Of a stretch of DNA of 64,000 nt, positions 29,726 to 42,371 are shown in pieces; position 1 is the first letter of the stretch, and the number at the start of each line of letters is the position of its first letter. This stretch comes from Eledone cirrhosa. Its lineage: Eukaryota. Under the pieces are notes generated by a model. It searched no databases, was not told the origin of the DNA, and saw only the letters and a list, made by a program, of their open reading frames with translations. Made by a program: the position numbers and the translations under genes. The stretch is taken from positions 62,682,001 to 62,746,000 of the forward strand of contig OZ024743.1 of assembly GCA_964016885.1 (NCBI GenBank), in the 5' to 3' direction.

Positions 29726-30597
29726 TGTATATATATATATAATTGTTTCTACTTTAGGCACAAGGCCACCAATTACCCAGTGCATTACTGATACTTTATT
29801 TTATTGACCCCGTAAGGAGTTAACGGACCCAGCATATTTATCAATGCCAGGACCGGTTGTATCTCAGCGTACTCAATAGGAAATGTAGAATACATTCCCA
29901 GAGTATACACATAGTTATTCGCTTCAATACAACACACGTAAACGGGTGCACGGATGCCTATAATAGTTCCCGGACTCGAGTTTCGGCCACACTTAATGCA
30001 GCAGTAGGGTGCACTGCACCCCCTGTCTGCATATATTATGCAACAATGGGAGGATAGAGATATATAGATGGACAGATGGAAGGCTGACAGACAAAAAGAT
30101 AGATAGATAGATAAACAAATATTTATCAACCTCATTATATAGATTGACAGTATCGGTAGAGGGTCGGACGCCATGCTTTGACGCATAGAGCTATGGCTCT
30201 TGCCATTCTGGGTTCAAATCCCGCCGAGATTAACTTTGCCTTTCATCCCTATAGGGGTCGATAAAATAAAGTACCAGTAATGCAACTGGATAATTGCTAG
30301 CCTTGTGCCAAAAGTAGAAACAATTATTAATATCTGGTTTTTCCCACACCTAATCTCCCCCCCCCATCCACACACATACACACTCATATACACACACACA
30401 TATATATACAATATATCACATATCTTTATAATATTACTAAATACCTGCAAATTGTTGATTATTTTCAGAATTATATATATAGATAGAGGGGGGGGGGGGG
30501 GGCAATGTTGACCTTGGTAAGATTTGAATCCAACAGTGAGTGTGTTTTATTATTATTTCTGGCAATATTATAACAATAATATAACTATATATATATT

Positions 30598-30930
30598 TAT
30601 TATAGAAATGGCTTCTACAGGACTAGAACTGTTTCGGGAGAAATCATCAGGAAGCCGACTGTCAATGTAATATGGTGGTATTTATACATTTTCTGGTGGT
30701 AGAGAGGGTGGTGATTGGGATGGGTGGAAGTAGGTTATTGGTTGATGGATTTAAAGAAAGGGGATTCTTTAAAAACTATATTTAGAGAAAAATACAAAGG
30801 CAGAAAAGAATTCAGCTAAGTACCTATAGAGCACACTGAAAGGTACTCCTAATTTTTAAGGTTCATTTATTCCAAACAAACAATAAATATACATTGGTGA
30901 GGTCTGCAAAGATGGTCTGGTGTCTTCAAT
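30598..30930 (-). mobile_element. PLE family-B terminal fragment with HHR (30610-30656)
   Basis: GGCTTC CTGATGA TTTCTCCC GAAA CAG TTCTAGTC CTG TA GAAGCC; homologous to 59186-59400. Confidence 0.7.
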
Positions 30931-30959
30931 CACACACACATACACTCATATATATATAC

Positions 30960-30991
<32 letters not shown>

Positions 30992-30994
<3 letters not shown>

Positions 30995-31185
30995 ACGAAG
31001 GAAATGTGGTAAGGAACCAGGTGGACCATAACGCACCAAAGTACTCAATACTTAGGGTAGTAGAGTGGGTAATAGGAACGAGTAGGACCCCGACAGCTGA
31101 GCTCAAGCCGTTTCGACGGCTAATTCTCCAGAATTAGCCGTCGAAACGGCTTGAGCTCAGCCGTCGGGGTCCTACTCGTTCCTAT
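30992..31185 (-). mobile_element. Family-C fold-back insertion in (TA)n (arms 31072-31127 / 31130-31185 plus tail)
   Basis: Near-perfect 56-bp arms; GAAA CGGCT TGAGCTC AGCCG TC. Confidence 0.78.
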
Positions 31186-31296
31186 ATATATATATATATA
31201 ATGACATTAAATTTTGACATTAAATTTTGCTCTGATACTGACATAGAGCACTCTTCATTTCTATGACCTTTTCTGTTTCTAACTGAAATTTCAATA

Positions 31297-31335
<39 letters not shown>

Positions 31336-32453
31336 GTGTGTGTGTATATATATATATATACAGACATGACTTGGCTGAAGCATGGAACAAACTACCTACA
31401 TCAGCATCCTTTAAAACCTCCATGTTTCCTGAAATTCGCCAACACTACACCTGATACCCCCCCCCCCCCCCTCCATACACACGCACACCACATGTATTTC
31501 ATAATTCATACACTGTTCATTTTCCTGACATTTGAACATTATTCTATGTACTATACATGCACCTTTGATGAGTTGTAGTGCACCTGATCACTGTACACAA
31601 TTATTTCATTATTATTATTATTACCCAGTGCATTACTGATAAAGTACCAGTAATGCACTGGGTAATTGCTGGCCTTGTGCCAAAAGTAGAAACAATTGTG
31701 TATGTATATGCCTGTGCATGTGCGGGAGAGAGACACATACATATACATTCTCTCACATCTGCTTTGTCAGAATGGTTTCTTGACCAACTATAACCATTTC
31801 TTGGCAGGCTCTGTGTTGTTTTAAAGGGTGAGATAGGAAGTGGGAGGATTATGTATATGTAAGTGTGTGTGTGTGTGTGTGATATGCAAAAGGCAAACAG
31901 AAATAACAAAGCAAACGACACAGTACAATGAAGAAACATTAGTTTTACGCTTGAACGTTATATATATATATATATATATATATACAAATCTACGTATGTA
32001 CACTGATACACACATATATACACAAATCTGTGTATGTACACAGACACACATATATATATATACTCAAATCTGTGTATACATAAATCTGTACAACGCACTC
32101 ACAAGAGTAAACAGTCAGATAGATAGAGATATACACATAAAAGTGAAACAGGCTTCCAGACCGACACAGATTGACTGACATATAGTCTTGATAATTTCTT
32201 CATTTATATTTCCATTCCTCACTCCTGAATTCTCGGTCATCAGCTGCAGCATTCATTCATTCATTTGATATTGTGAAAATATTCCCGTTAACCACCCCCT
32301 CTTCCTTCTTCATTTTGTTTATTTATCTCTCTCTCCTCTGTCTGCCACATTCTCTCTGCCCTCTTTCTTTCTATCTATTCTCCTATTCAGTGCATCACCA
32401 GCTTCCAACGAAATAGCAGGCATCGCTGTTATAGAAGAATATGAGAAATAACC

Positions 32454-33284
32454 ATGTCTTTTTGGCAGCCATGTCACATATTGATCTCTACTTTGCGACG
32501 CTTTCGTCGCTTCGTCTTCATTCTTATTGCCTTTGTTGTGATAGCTACGGTAAACCATTTTTATATGCGAACTTTACCCCCATCTTCCATCAAAGAATTC
32601 CAACCGCGTGTTACGGTCGCCGAATATCGCCTGCTCTTGGAACTTACACGGACTTTTGCGAAAGCGGTCGACACTGAAAACCTAGTTTATTTCTTATATG
32701 GTGGGAGTTTGCTTGGATCGTACCGACATCACGGATTTATACCATGGGACGACGATGTCGATGTTATTATGAATTCTTCACAAAAGGAGGATATCCGCCG
32801 TGCTTTATCAGCCTACCAACCAAAATATAAACTATACGCGCCCGCACACAAACAATGGAAATTCTATCGCGCTGATTCCGAAGCCTTAAAAGAGAAACCA
32901 TTCCGATGGCCCTACATCGATATATTTTTCTTCCAGGAGGACGAAACTCATATCTGGGACGAATTTTTCTGGTATCAGTTTACCTATATTTATGATAAAA
33001 AACGAGTGTTTCCTTTACAGAAGCGACCATTTGATAACCTGAGTTTACCGGCTCCCTGCGACACTGAATCATTCCTGGGCACATATGCCGCGGATGTCTG
33101 TCGAACTAATGCCTTTTCGCACAAACAGGAACGCTGGTTGTACAGGCAAGTACAGTTGCCTTGTTACCAACTTCGCGACAGTTTTCCTCTCGTTCAAAGA
33201 ACAAAGACAGATGATGGATGGACGGAAGTCTTATGGAATGGATCCATTGCTATACAATACTTTTATTCCCCACAGGCTTGTTGA
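32454..33284 (+). CDS. LicD/fukutin-family nucleotidyltransferase-fold phosphotransferase, type II membrane protein (276 aa, single coding exon)
   Basis: ATG-TGA ORF; N-terminal TM segment (FVFILIAFVVIATV) after basic residues; LicD motif YGGSLLGSYRHHGFIPWDDDVDV, plus WPYIDIFF and VFPL..RPF; polypyrimidine tract and CAG acceptor ending 32390; AATAAA at 33287. Confidence 0.9.
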   Translation: MSFWQPCHILISTLRRFRRFVFILIAFVVIATVNHFYMRTLPPSSIKEFQPRVTVAEYRLLLELTRTFAKAVDTENLVYFLYGGSLLGSYRHHGFIPWDDDVDVIMNSSQKEDIRRALSAYQPKYKLYAPAHKQWKFYRADSEALKEKPFRWPYIDIFFFQEDETHIWDEFFWYQFTYIYDKKRVFPLQKRPFDNLSLPAPCDTESFLGTYAADVCRTNAFSHKQERWLYRQVQLPCYQLRDSFPLVQRTKTDDGWTEVLWNGSIAIQYFYSPQAC

Positions 33285-33959
33285 GGAATAAAAAAACTTA
33301 CATATTTTTGTAAATTATTATTATTATTATTTACATGGTGAAGTTGTTACAACACAGTATATTTAAAGATTAAGGTAAACTTAACCCTTTTGGTACCAGC
33401 CCGCTCCTGATGTTATGAAACAGAACCACCCATTTCAATGGTTCCTATTTAAAGTAAAACATTCCAACACATACATCCATACACACACATTTTGTGGTGG
33501 TAGGTACTTTAATTTATTGACCCCAGAGAGATGAAAAGCGGGAATGACTTCATCGGAATTTGAACTCAGAACGTTCAAATCCCTCTGTGATCAGCTTTGC
33601 CTTTCATCCTTCGAACATAATTTCATATAAGTACTATCTTAATATTCAAATAATTAATTATTTTAGTAAATCCCCACTAAATTCTTCATCAATTCACATG
33701 ACAACGAAAGTTTCGTTTTTGAATTCGAAGCTTTAGCTTATAATTCTGTTAGCTAATATCCACTTTAAGTTTACCTTAATCTATTATATATTTATTTCAG
33801 TGGTTTTATTTTTTATTACATACTTTCACTGTGCACCCGAGCACAGTTCGCGTCTAGTTATAGAGCCTATGCAATATTTTGTCTTGGTTTTGCATTTTCT
33901 ATTGTATTGAAAGGACTTCATGCAATATATATATATATATACACACACACACACGTATG

Positions 33960-33992
<33 letters not shown>

Positions 33993-36900
33993 GTATGTAT
34001 ATATATATATGTCTGTATATATATATATATAGACACACGCACAATGTTAAGGTATCAAAACACGTTTGGCTCTTTGTCGCTCTCTATATATAAACATACT
34101 TATGCCTTTATGGTAAATAAGGAAATATATATATATAAACATACCTTTTAATTTGAATTATATATATATATATATAATTCAAATTAAAAGGTATATTTAT
34201 ATATATATATAAATATATGTGTGTGTGTATATATATGTGTGTGTGCCTTTACTATTGTTATTGTTTTTAATATACAGTGGTGCCTTGTATTTACTCCCGC
34301 CCCTTTACATTCTGTATTAAAAATTCCATTAGAGTCAACCATTGTTCCAGTTGGGTGGAGGGGTGTCTATAAGATAGGGGTGTCTATCAGATATTTGGAT
34401 CGATATAACCGACTATTCCTCGCCCATCCATTCATCCCGAGAAATGCTGTGGTCTCGTGTTTGTCTGGGTTGGGCTAGAAAGCAATTATATTATTATTAT
34501 TTCTTCGATAGATTCGTGTGAGATTCTACTGCATGATTTGGTGCACTTCGGTGTTCCTGGTTTGTGTGCAGCATTGTGTTCATATTTTTGCGCAGTGTTA
34601 ATGTATTGCAACAGTTTTGATTCTGGTATTATTTTATGGGATATTAAATCTTGTAGAGTATATGTTGTGTGAGCTGTGTTTTAATTTATTAGGTGCATAT
34701 TGAATAGAGTGTGTGTGGGGATTATTGTTTGAGCTGTGCTATTGAATCGATAATGTCTTGCGCAAGATGTGAGCTGTTCCTTATCAGAGCTTTTTTTGGG
34801 GGGGGGGGGGGAGTAATGTTGTGAACCATGATATGGCTTTTATGTTTTTGTTTATTCGACAAATTTCAATTCGGTTATATAATGTTTGCAATAACAAAAA
34901 GAAAAAGAGGAGAAAAAAATTAAATAACGAAATTAAGGAAAAGGTTTAGGGGAAGGGAAGGGAGAAAAGGCAATGTTTAAATAAAAGAAGAGACAATAAA
35001 AAACTGTATGGAAACTTAAGAAGGAATACCAAACTACTAAAAACAACAAACAAACAAATCCTTGTTTAAAACAGTAAAGAAAATGTAAAGGAAGGGGTGA
35101 ACCAGAGCAAAAGACAGCAACTAGGGGTACTGGGCGGCCTCTCTAATGACTTTTGAGGCAAGCCAGCACACTCGCAGCGTTGACTCGGGTGATGGCGAAG
35201 CTAATGCGCTGGAACAGCCAAGCGCCCTCGCGACATTCGCCAATTACCTCTATTAGGCGAGCCGCCATGGAAGAGAGGAACCTCGCAGTCAGCGGCCCGA
35301 CTCCCCAAACGTCTCGAAAACCACAGGCTGAAAAAGGTAGCTGGCCGACAGATCAGAGTATTTGAGGGTCTTACTCCGCTCGGCTGAGGAAGCTGTTTTT
35401 GTTCATTTTGTTTTATCATACTAAGTGCTCTAGGCACTCTTCCACATCTTGTATTTCGATTGCATTTTTCCTGAGTTCAAATCCCGCAGAAGACAGTTTT
35501 GCTTGTTAGCTTTCAAAGTCGATAAAGTTAAGTACCAGTCAAGTACTGGGGTCAATTCAATTGACTTTCCCGTTCACTTCAAATTGTTGGCTTTGTGCCA
35601 AATATAGAAATAATTATTATTGATTTTTTACCGAGATCAACTTTATATTTCACTTTTCCGGGGGTCGATAAAATAATGTACTCATCAAGTAAGAATTAAT
35701 CATATTAGACCCACAACACCAATCGAAAGCTATGTTCTTGTTCCTCAGTTAGAAATTATCATTGTTGTAGTTGTTGTTCGGGTGTTAAGCTCCCGAGGGT
35801 AAAGACTTGAGTTCGATTCCCGGCGACGCATTATTTATTTCGTTTTGCTCCAGCACATTCAGTATGAAAGACTGAGTTGTATTTGTTGTTAGTTCAAAAG
35901 ACCAGCCTTGTAGGTATACATGTCTATGGATCACTCACTTATTTGCACCTTAATTTCACGAGCAGGCTGTTCAATTGATCTAATCATCTGCAACACGCAT
36001 CGTAGTAACAAACGGATGCCCCCACATCCCTCCTCACTCTCTCAATAAATCTCAGCCAAATATTACGCGACCTTATAAATCTAGAACACCGGAAATGCTA
36101 TATTTCTAAACTAATGTAGGACGTCGTTACACACGTTTGATACCTAACCTTTATATAACCACATAATGTGGAAAGCGTTTATTATGAATCATTTATATAA
36201 TGTGTTGTGTGTTGGAGCTCCATCAGATTCGACGATGAGTGTTCTAGTTGTATCACCAACTGCTCGAATGGGACTGTATGTGTAATTCAAGGAACCAGTC
36301 TTATCACAGTGCTGTGCTGAATTTCCCAGTCTTACGTGAAGGGTACGCATGTCTGTGGCATGCTCAGCCATTTACAGGTTAATTTTATGAGCACACTGTT
36401 GGTTGAAACCCATGGAGGTCTATTCCATTCCATATTCGTATGTTCACAAAAGCGTCTTACTTGAAATTATGATGGAAGATTTTAAGTTGAAATAAACTAA
36501 GGATTAAGTCTACTATCCAATATCTTTCGGACAAGCTTCCACACAGTTTCCGTCACCTTGGTGGGAGACACTTGTCCAATGGGTCACAAAGTGTGATTGT
36601 GCCCAGAACCATGTAATTGTAAAATTAACCACACAGCCATGCCTGCTATGATTTGTAGCAGAAACGTTGTAGTTGTTTAACCCCAGATCAGCCATGTTCA
36701 AGCAGACCTATTATTTTATTTAAACACAATGTATACTGGATTACATTATCTAATGTATCCTTTTTTTTAAAAGCTCGAGTCAATTCTGATTCCCCAGACC
36801 TATGATCAAAAGCATTCTAGCTGTAACTGATTATATTTTATTCAGACATAGAGAAGGTGCTATCTCACGATAATAAAAATGTGAATTCCATTCCTGGAAC

Positions 36901-37748
36901 AAGTCCAGTCCATGATGTCTTGGAAAAGGGAAACTTGTATACCTGGGCAACTGCTGGTCTTACACCTTGCTTAGGCGTGTGCCTCGGAGAGGCAAACTCA
37001 TGGCCAAAGGAGATATTTCTCTTTAGTGCATCTAGACTTACATTAGGTAATGTAACCTTTGTTGTTTATCTCCCAAAATAAGCTCTAGTCCTGCAAACCA
37101 AAGATGTTCCAGTCGTTAGTACCCTGTCTTGTTGTTTTTTGCATAGTATGTTGTTATTTTGTGGGGGGGGGGGGGGGCTTTTTGCATCTAGGACTATGCG
37201 TTCTTCCTCTTTTTAAAATATATTATATATGAAGGAGTTTTGGCTGCTGCTTCTAGTAGATTGATCGACTGCATGGAGGTTGCCATATACCTTATATTGG
37301 TCACATGTTGGTGAGTGACGTCAGCAGGGGTGGTGATGTGATGCATATATTCGTGTATTCTATATATATATATTTTTTTATTTATATATACCTCACACCT
37401 TTCGTAACTGTACTCCTTGTTGTTATTTACTTTTCCAATGTATATAATGGAACTTTAGTAAAATCGAAGCTTTGGCTGTGGCCAAGCTAACGACCTACAA
37501 TTAGGAATGAGCAGCAAAGCACTCAATACGGTTGCAGGCCTTAGAGTAATAACATACGTTTAGACAGCTTGTGTGTACGTATATATATTTATATATGTAT
37601 GTATATTTATTTATATTTAACGATCGACTTTTGTCAAATCGGACCGAGGAAACAATGTTTCCATTGGTCTTTCCAATTGCTAATACTATCTATCGGTCGC
37701 AACTCCAGGTAGAAGGAGCAACGTAAAATAAAGTGTCTTGCTCAAGGC

Positions 37749-37799
<51 letters not shown>

Positions 37800-37802
<3 letters not shown>

Positions 37803-38177
37803 GAAGTTCTATTTAAATTGTTGGGATACAACAAGCAAATATTTTTATAACTGATATAAAGCACTCAACAAATTATTGGAGTAAAAATACGATATATTAA
37901 CAAATGGAAACTATATTTATAAAACCATATTTATTTCATTATACATATTTCAAGGACACCAAGTTAAATTATGGTGTGCTTTCATCAGATAAAATATAAT
38001 ATAGACTATCCGGGAGCTTCCAACAGAAATGGTCGCATTCTTTAAGGGTATGTCAATATTTATTTATAAAACTGCTCTATATTATATTTTATCTGATGAA
38101 AGCACACCATAATTTAACTTGGAGTCCTTGAAATATGTATAATGAAATAAATATAGTTTCCATTTGTTAATATATCG

Positions 38178-38180
<3 letters not shown>
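37800..38180. mobile_element. PLE family-A fold-back insertion with two inverted HHRs (37932-37996 -, 38085-38149 +)
   Basis: Inverted arms 37887-38004 / 38077-38180; CTGATGA...GAAA TATGTA TA core in both. Confidence 0.8.
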
Positions 38181-38209
<29 letters not shown>

Positions 38210-38244
38210 TGTATGTATGTATGTATGTATGTATGTATGTATGG

Positions 38245-38650
38245 AGATGACCCCTTAGCCTTTGTTAAGGCAGAGATCTAGGAGAAGGAAAACTGATATA
38301 ACACCTGCAACCCTGATGGTATCCAATGATGTTGACTTGTTCTTCTTTTTGGTAAATATTATCTTGGTTAAGAGAGTGGGACTGGCTTTGTGCAGTGCCT
38401 TTGCTCACTATAAAAGCTTCACGGCACAGGCATTGCTTTATATATGGAGATCTCTCTGCACTTGTCGTCACATGGAACCATGGGCCCAACACTATGTGTC
38501 AATAATTGTCACAAGTGTAGTGTTTGTACCAGAGTTTTCAAGTCGCTGGCTGGACTATAACGTCAAACACTCGTTCAGTGCATCGGTAGGGGTTCTCCTA
38601 CATGGATATCAACTAGTGGCCATACTCGAAAACGAGTTGGCAGCCACCAT
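38245..38650 (+). mobile_element. RTE-related 3' fragment / non-autonomous derivative (relatives 17675-18232 -, 18724-19030 -, 42115-42330 +)
   Basis: Same 3' hairpin end as the 40012 RTE, degenerate finger C..C.RVFKSLAGL, (ATGT)n flanks. Confidence 0.65.
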
Positions 38651-38673
38651 GTATGTATGTATGTATTTATTTA

Positions 38674-38728
<55 letters not shown>

Positions 38729-38754
38729 TTATATATATTTATATATATGTATAT

Positions 38755-39099
38755 CAGGGGCGAAGGGTGCGTGTATGCGTTATAGAATCTTGAGTTGATC
38801 AATTGCGTCGGTTGAAGCAAGCAGAATTTTGGCTGCTTACTAAATCGTAGACACATAGAAAGATAACACACACACACAAACACACGACAGCGTCTGTTGA
38901 AGCAAGCAGAATTTTGGATGCTTACTAAATCGTAGACACATAAAAACATAACACACACACTAGATAACACTACATGCGGCTTTGACCGGGAAGGTCATTT
39001 ACAGGGAATTGGGGGGGGGGGGGATAAGTCTACACAGCCCACTTTCCGCCATGGCGATTGGACTGCATGCCCTGCTTTCCAGGTTACCCTTCGCCACTG
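38755..39099. mobile_element. hAT-type MITE (duplicate at 44041-44300)
   Basis: TIRs CAGGGGCGAAGGGT / ACCCTTCGCCACTG; 8-bp TSD ATGTATAT. Confidence 0.75.
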
Positions 39100-39172
39100 A
39101 TGTATATTTATTTATATATATATATTTATATTTATATATATATATGTGTATGCATTTTATAGCATTTTAAGA

Positions 39173-39259
39173 AGGTCTGTCGAGCTGCGGATTATTGAGT
39201 CGGGTAGGATCGATATAGGTCGAACCTTGAGCTGATCAGTGGCGAAACGCGCGTCACCT
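39173..39259 (+). ncRNA. Hammerhead ribozyme (core CTGTCGA, one mismatch) with branched stem II
   Basis: AGGT CTGTCGA GCTGC...GTGGC GAAA CGCGCG TC ACCT, then AATAAA; between (TA)n tracts. Confidence 0.6.
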
Positions 39260-39307
39260 ATCAATAAATGCAATGAAGGAATAATCAATCGTCCTTTTTA
39301 TCCTTTC

Positions 39308-39374
<67 letters not shown>

Positions 39375-39391
39375 ATTAATTTATATTTATG

Positions 39392-39430
<39 letters not shown>

Positions 39431-39481
39431 ATTAATTTATATTTATGTATATATATATAAATTTATATTTATGTATATATG

Positions 39482-39512
<31 letters not shown>

Positions 39513-40011
39513 TAATATTTATATTGATATATATATATTTATATATATATATATGTGTGTGTGTATATATATATATGTATGTATATATATGTGTGCGTGT
39601 GTGTGTGTACGAAGGAAAGTATATTTATGTGTATGCATGATCGATAGAGGGGCACTCAACTCTAATGGCCTGCTAGGTAATGGAGAAAAGGGGGACAGAC
39701 GATGGAGGTGAGGACAATTGATGAAACATCTGCCATGCCACCCATTCATTAATCAATACATCCAGTGCCCCACCCACCCTTACAACTATTCACCCCATCT
39801 CAACACCTACCTCTTTCCTAAATCCCTCTCAATATATAAACTGTGCCATCTTCAAATCTACATATTGTCCCTTCTCTACATCATTCCCCTTTTATCTATT
39901 AGTTCTCTCTCTCTCAAGTCCACTCTATACAAGCTGTTGTCTCCACCTACACACCTACAGTTTCACTGTAATGGGAGCCTCTATGTATGTATGTATGTAT
40001 GTATGTATGTT

Positions 40012-42093
40012 TGTTTGGCAGAATATGGGCTAATGAATCCGTACCTGAGGACTGGAGAGATGCAGTAATGGTGGTCTTGTACAAGGGAAAGGGTAACAGG
40101 AATGATTGTGGGAACTACAGAGGTATGTCATTGCTTTCTGTCGTAGGGAAAGTTTTATGTAGGGTGCTTCTGGACCGTCTGCTGACACACATTGCAGATT
40201 GTGTTCTTCCTGAAAGTCAATCTGGTTTTCGTGCTGGACGGGGCACTACTGATATGATCTTCTCAGCTAGACAGCTCCAGAAGTGCATGGAACAAGGCTT
40301 GGATCTGTATCAGGTTTTTGTCGATCTGACAAAAGTTTCGATACTATTAACAGAGATGCATTATGGAAGGTTCTCCAGAAACTTGGTTGCCCTGATAAGT
40401 TCCTTGCTTTAGTTAGGTCTTTCCATGACGACATGAAGGCTTGGGTTAATGTCGGAGGTAACATGTCGGAGCCTATCTCAGTAAAAAATGGAGTGAAACG
40501 GGGATATTCCAGCACTGACCCTGTTTGCCATATACTTTGCAATGGTTTTCTGTATTGCATTCAGGAATTGCGAGCATGGTGTTTACCTCCGATATCGAAC
40601 CTCAGGCAGCATATTTAACATCAGGCGCTTTGCTGCGAAGACAAAAGTATTTACATCAATCATAAGAGACCTCTTGTATGCAGATGATTGCGATCTTGTA
40701 GCGCACACAGAGAGTGATATGCAGCACATTTTGAATGAATTTTCTTACGCTTGCACTGCCCTAGGATTGACTGTCAGTCTCAAGAAAACCGTCGTCATGT
40801 ACCAACCTGCCCCTGGTAAGCAGTACACTGAACCAAACATCTATGTGTATGGCAAACGACTTGGAGTGGTTGATCAGTTTGTCTACCTGGGAAGCACTGT
40901 CAATCGATACAGCAACCTTGACAGTGAAATCTCACTTAGGATTAGGAAAGCAAGTGATGCTTTCGGAAAGCTAGAAAGGCAATTCTGGGGTCGGCGAGAC
41001 ATATGCAGGAGGACAAAGGTAAAGGTGTACAGGGCATGTGTGCTCTCTTGTCTTCTTTATGCTTGCGAGACCTGGGTCACATATCGACACCACCTTAAGC
41101 AATTGGAGCGTTTCCATCAAATGTGTCTCAGACGGATCCATGGCGTTCACTGGAGGGACCACATCAGTGATGTCGAGATTTTGGAAAGCTCTATGTGTGA
41201 CAGTATAGAAGCTCTTGTGCTTAAGCAACGACTCCGTTGGAGTGGTCACCTTGCCAGGATGAAGGATTCTAGAATACCAAAACAACTCTTTTATGGAGAG
41301 TTGGTTAAAGGAAAACGACCGCCACATAAACCAAAAAAAGAGGTATAAGGATTCCTTGAAAGCCTCTCTGAAAGACGCTAACATCTCTGCTGATACATGG
41401 GAAAATGTTGCTGCTGATTGTAATAAATGGAGAAAGACTGTATATGAGGGAAAAGTTGCCTTTGAGGCATCTCGAATCGCATACGAGAAAGTAAAGCGGG
41501 ATGTGAGGAAGGGCATTGCTGTTGCACTTCCAGACGGCGAGGGTCCTCCTATGGTGCTGACATGCAGCGTCTGTGCGAGACTCTGCCTAAGCAAAGCTGG
41601 ACTCGAAAGTCATCTTCGCAGTCATAAAGTAAGACCAGTGGTGACTACCAGGCTGCTGTTGGAGATGCTACTCATCATGCTTGCCAAACATGTGGTAGAG
41701 AATGTAAATCAGCAGGAGGGCTCAAGCGACATGCAAAAGTACACGAACTCAAACCACAGCCGACTATTCCCAGTGAATGTTTTGGTTGCCGACTCTGTGC
41801 AAGACATTTTAGATCATTGGCTGGGCTAAAAAGCCACATTCGATCGCAGCGCTGTTAGTTGCTATCGTGCGTGTGCGTGTGTGTATAGATATGCTTATGT
41901 GTGTGCGTGTATGTGTATATATATATGTATATGTATATTATTATTGTTGTTGTCGTTATTATTATTATTATTAATGTATGTGTGTGTGTGTGTATGTATA
42001 TATATATTTTTTTTAATGTATTTATTAATTTTTTAAATTTTTTTTTCCTCGTGCAATGGCCATACTCGATAACGAGGGGGCAGCCATCATCAT
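40012..42093 (+). mobile_element. RTE-clade LINE, 5'-truncated, frameshifted RT with three C-terminal C2H2-like fingers; (ATGT)n flanks
   Basis: YKGKGNRNDCGNYRGMSLL, PESQSGFRAGRGTTDMIF, LLYADDCDL, RLRWSGHLARM..RIPKQLFYGEL; 3' end TGGCCATACTCG..CGAG..GCAGCCATC. Confidence 0.92.
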
Positions 42094-42371
42094 GTATGTA
42101 TGTATGTATGTATTGCTTTATATCTGGAGATCTCTCTGCACTTGTCGTCACATGATACCATGGGCCCAGCACTATGTGTCAATAATTGTCACAAGTGTAG
42201 TGTTTGTACCAGAGTTCTCAAGTTGCTGGCTGGACTAAAAAGTCACACTTGTTCAGTGCATCAGTAGGGGTTCTCCTACATGGATATAAAGTAGTGGCCG
42301 TACTCGAAAACGAGTTGGCAGCCACCATGTATGTATGTTTGTATGTATTTATTTATTTATTTATATATATA

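Noticed and set aside
32454-33284. Bacterial contamination or a lic operon
   Set aside because: No licABC neighbours; splice acceptor, poly(A) signal and type II TM anchor within continuous animal repeat DNA.
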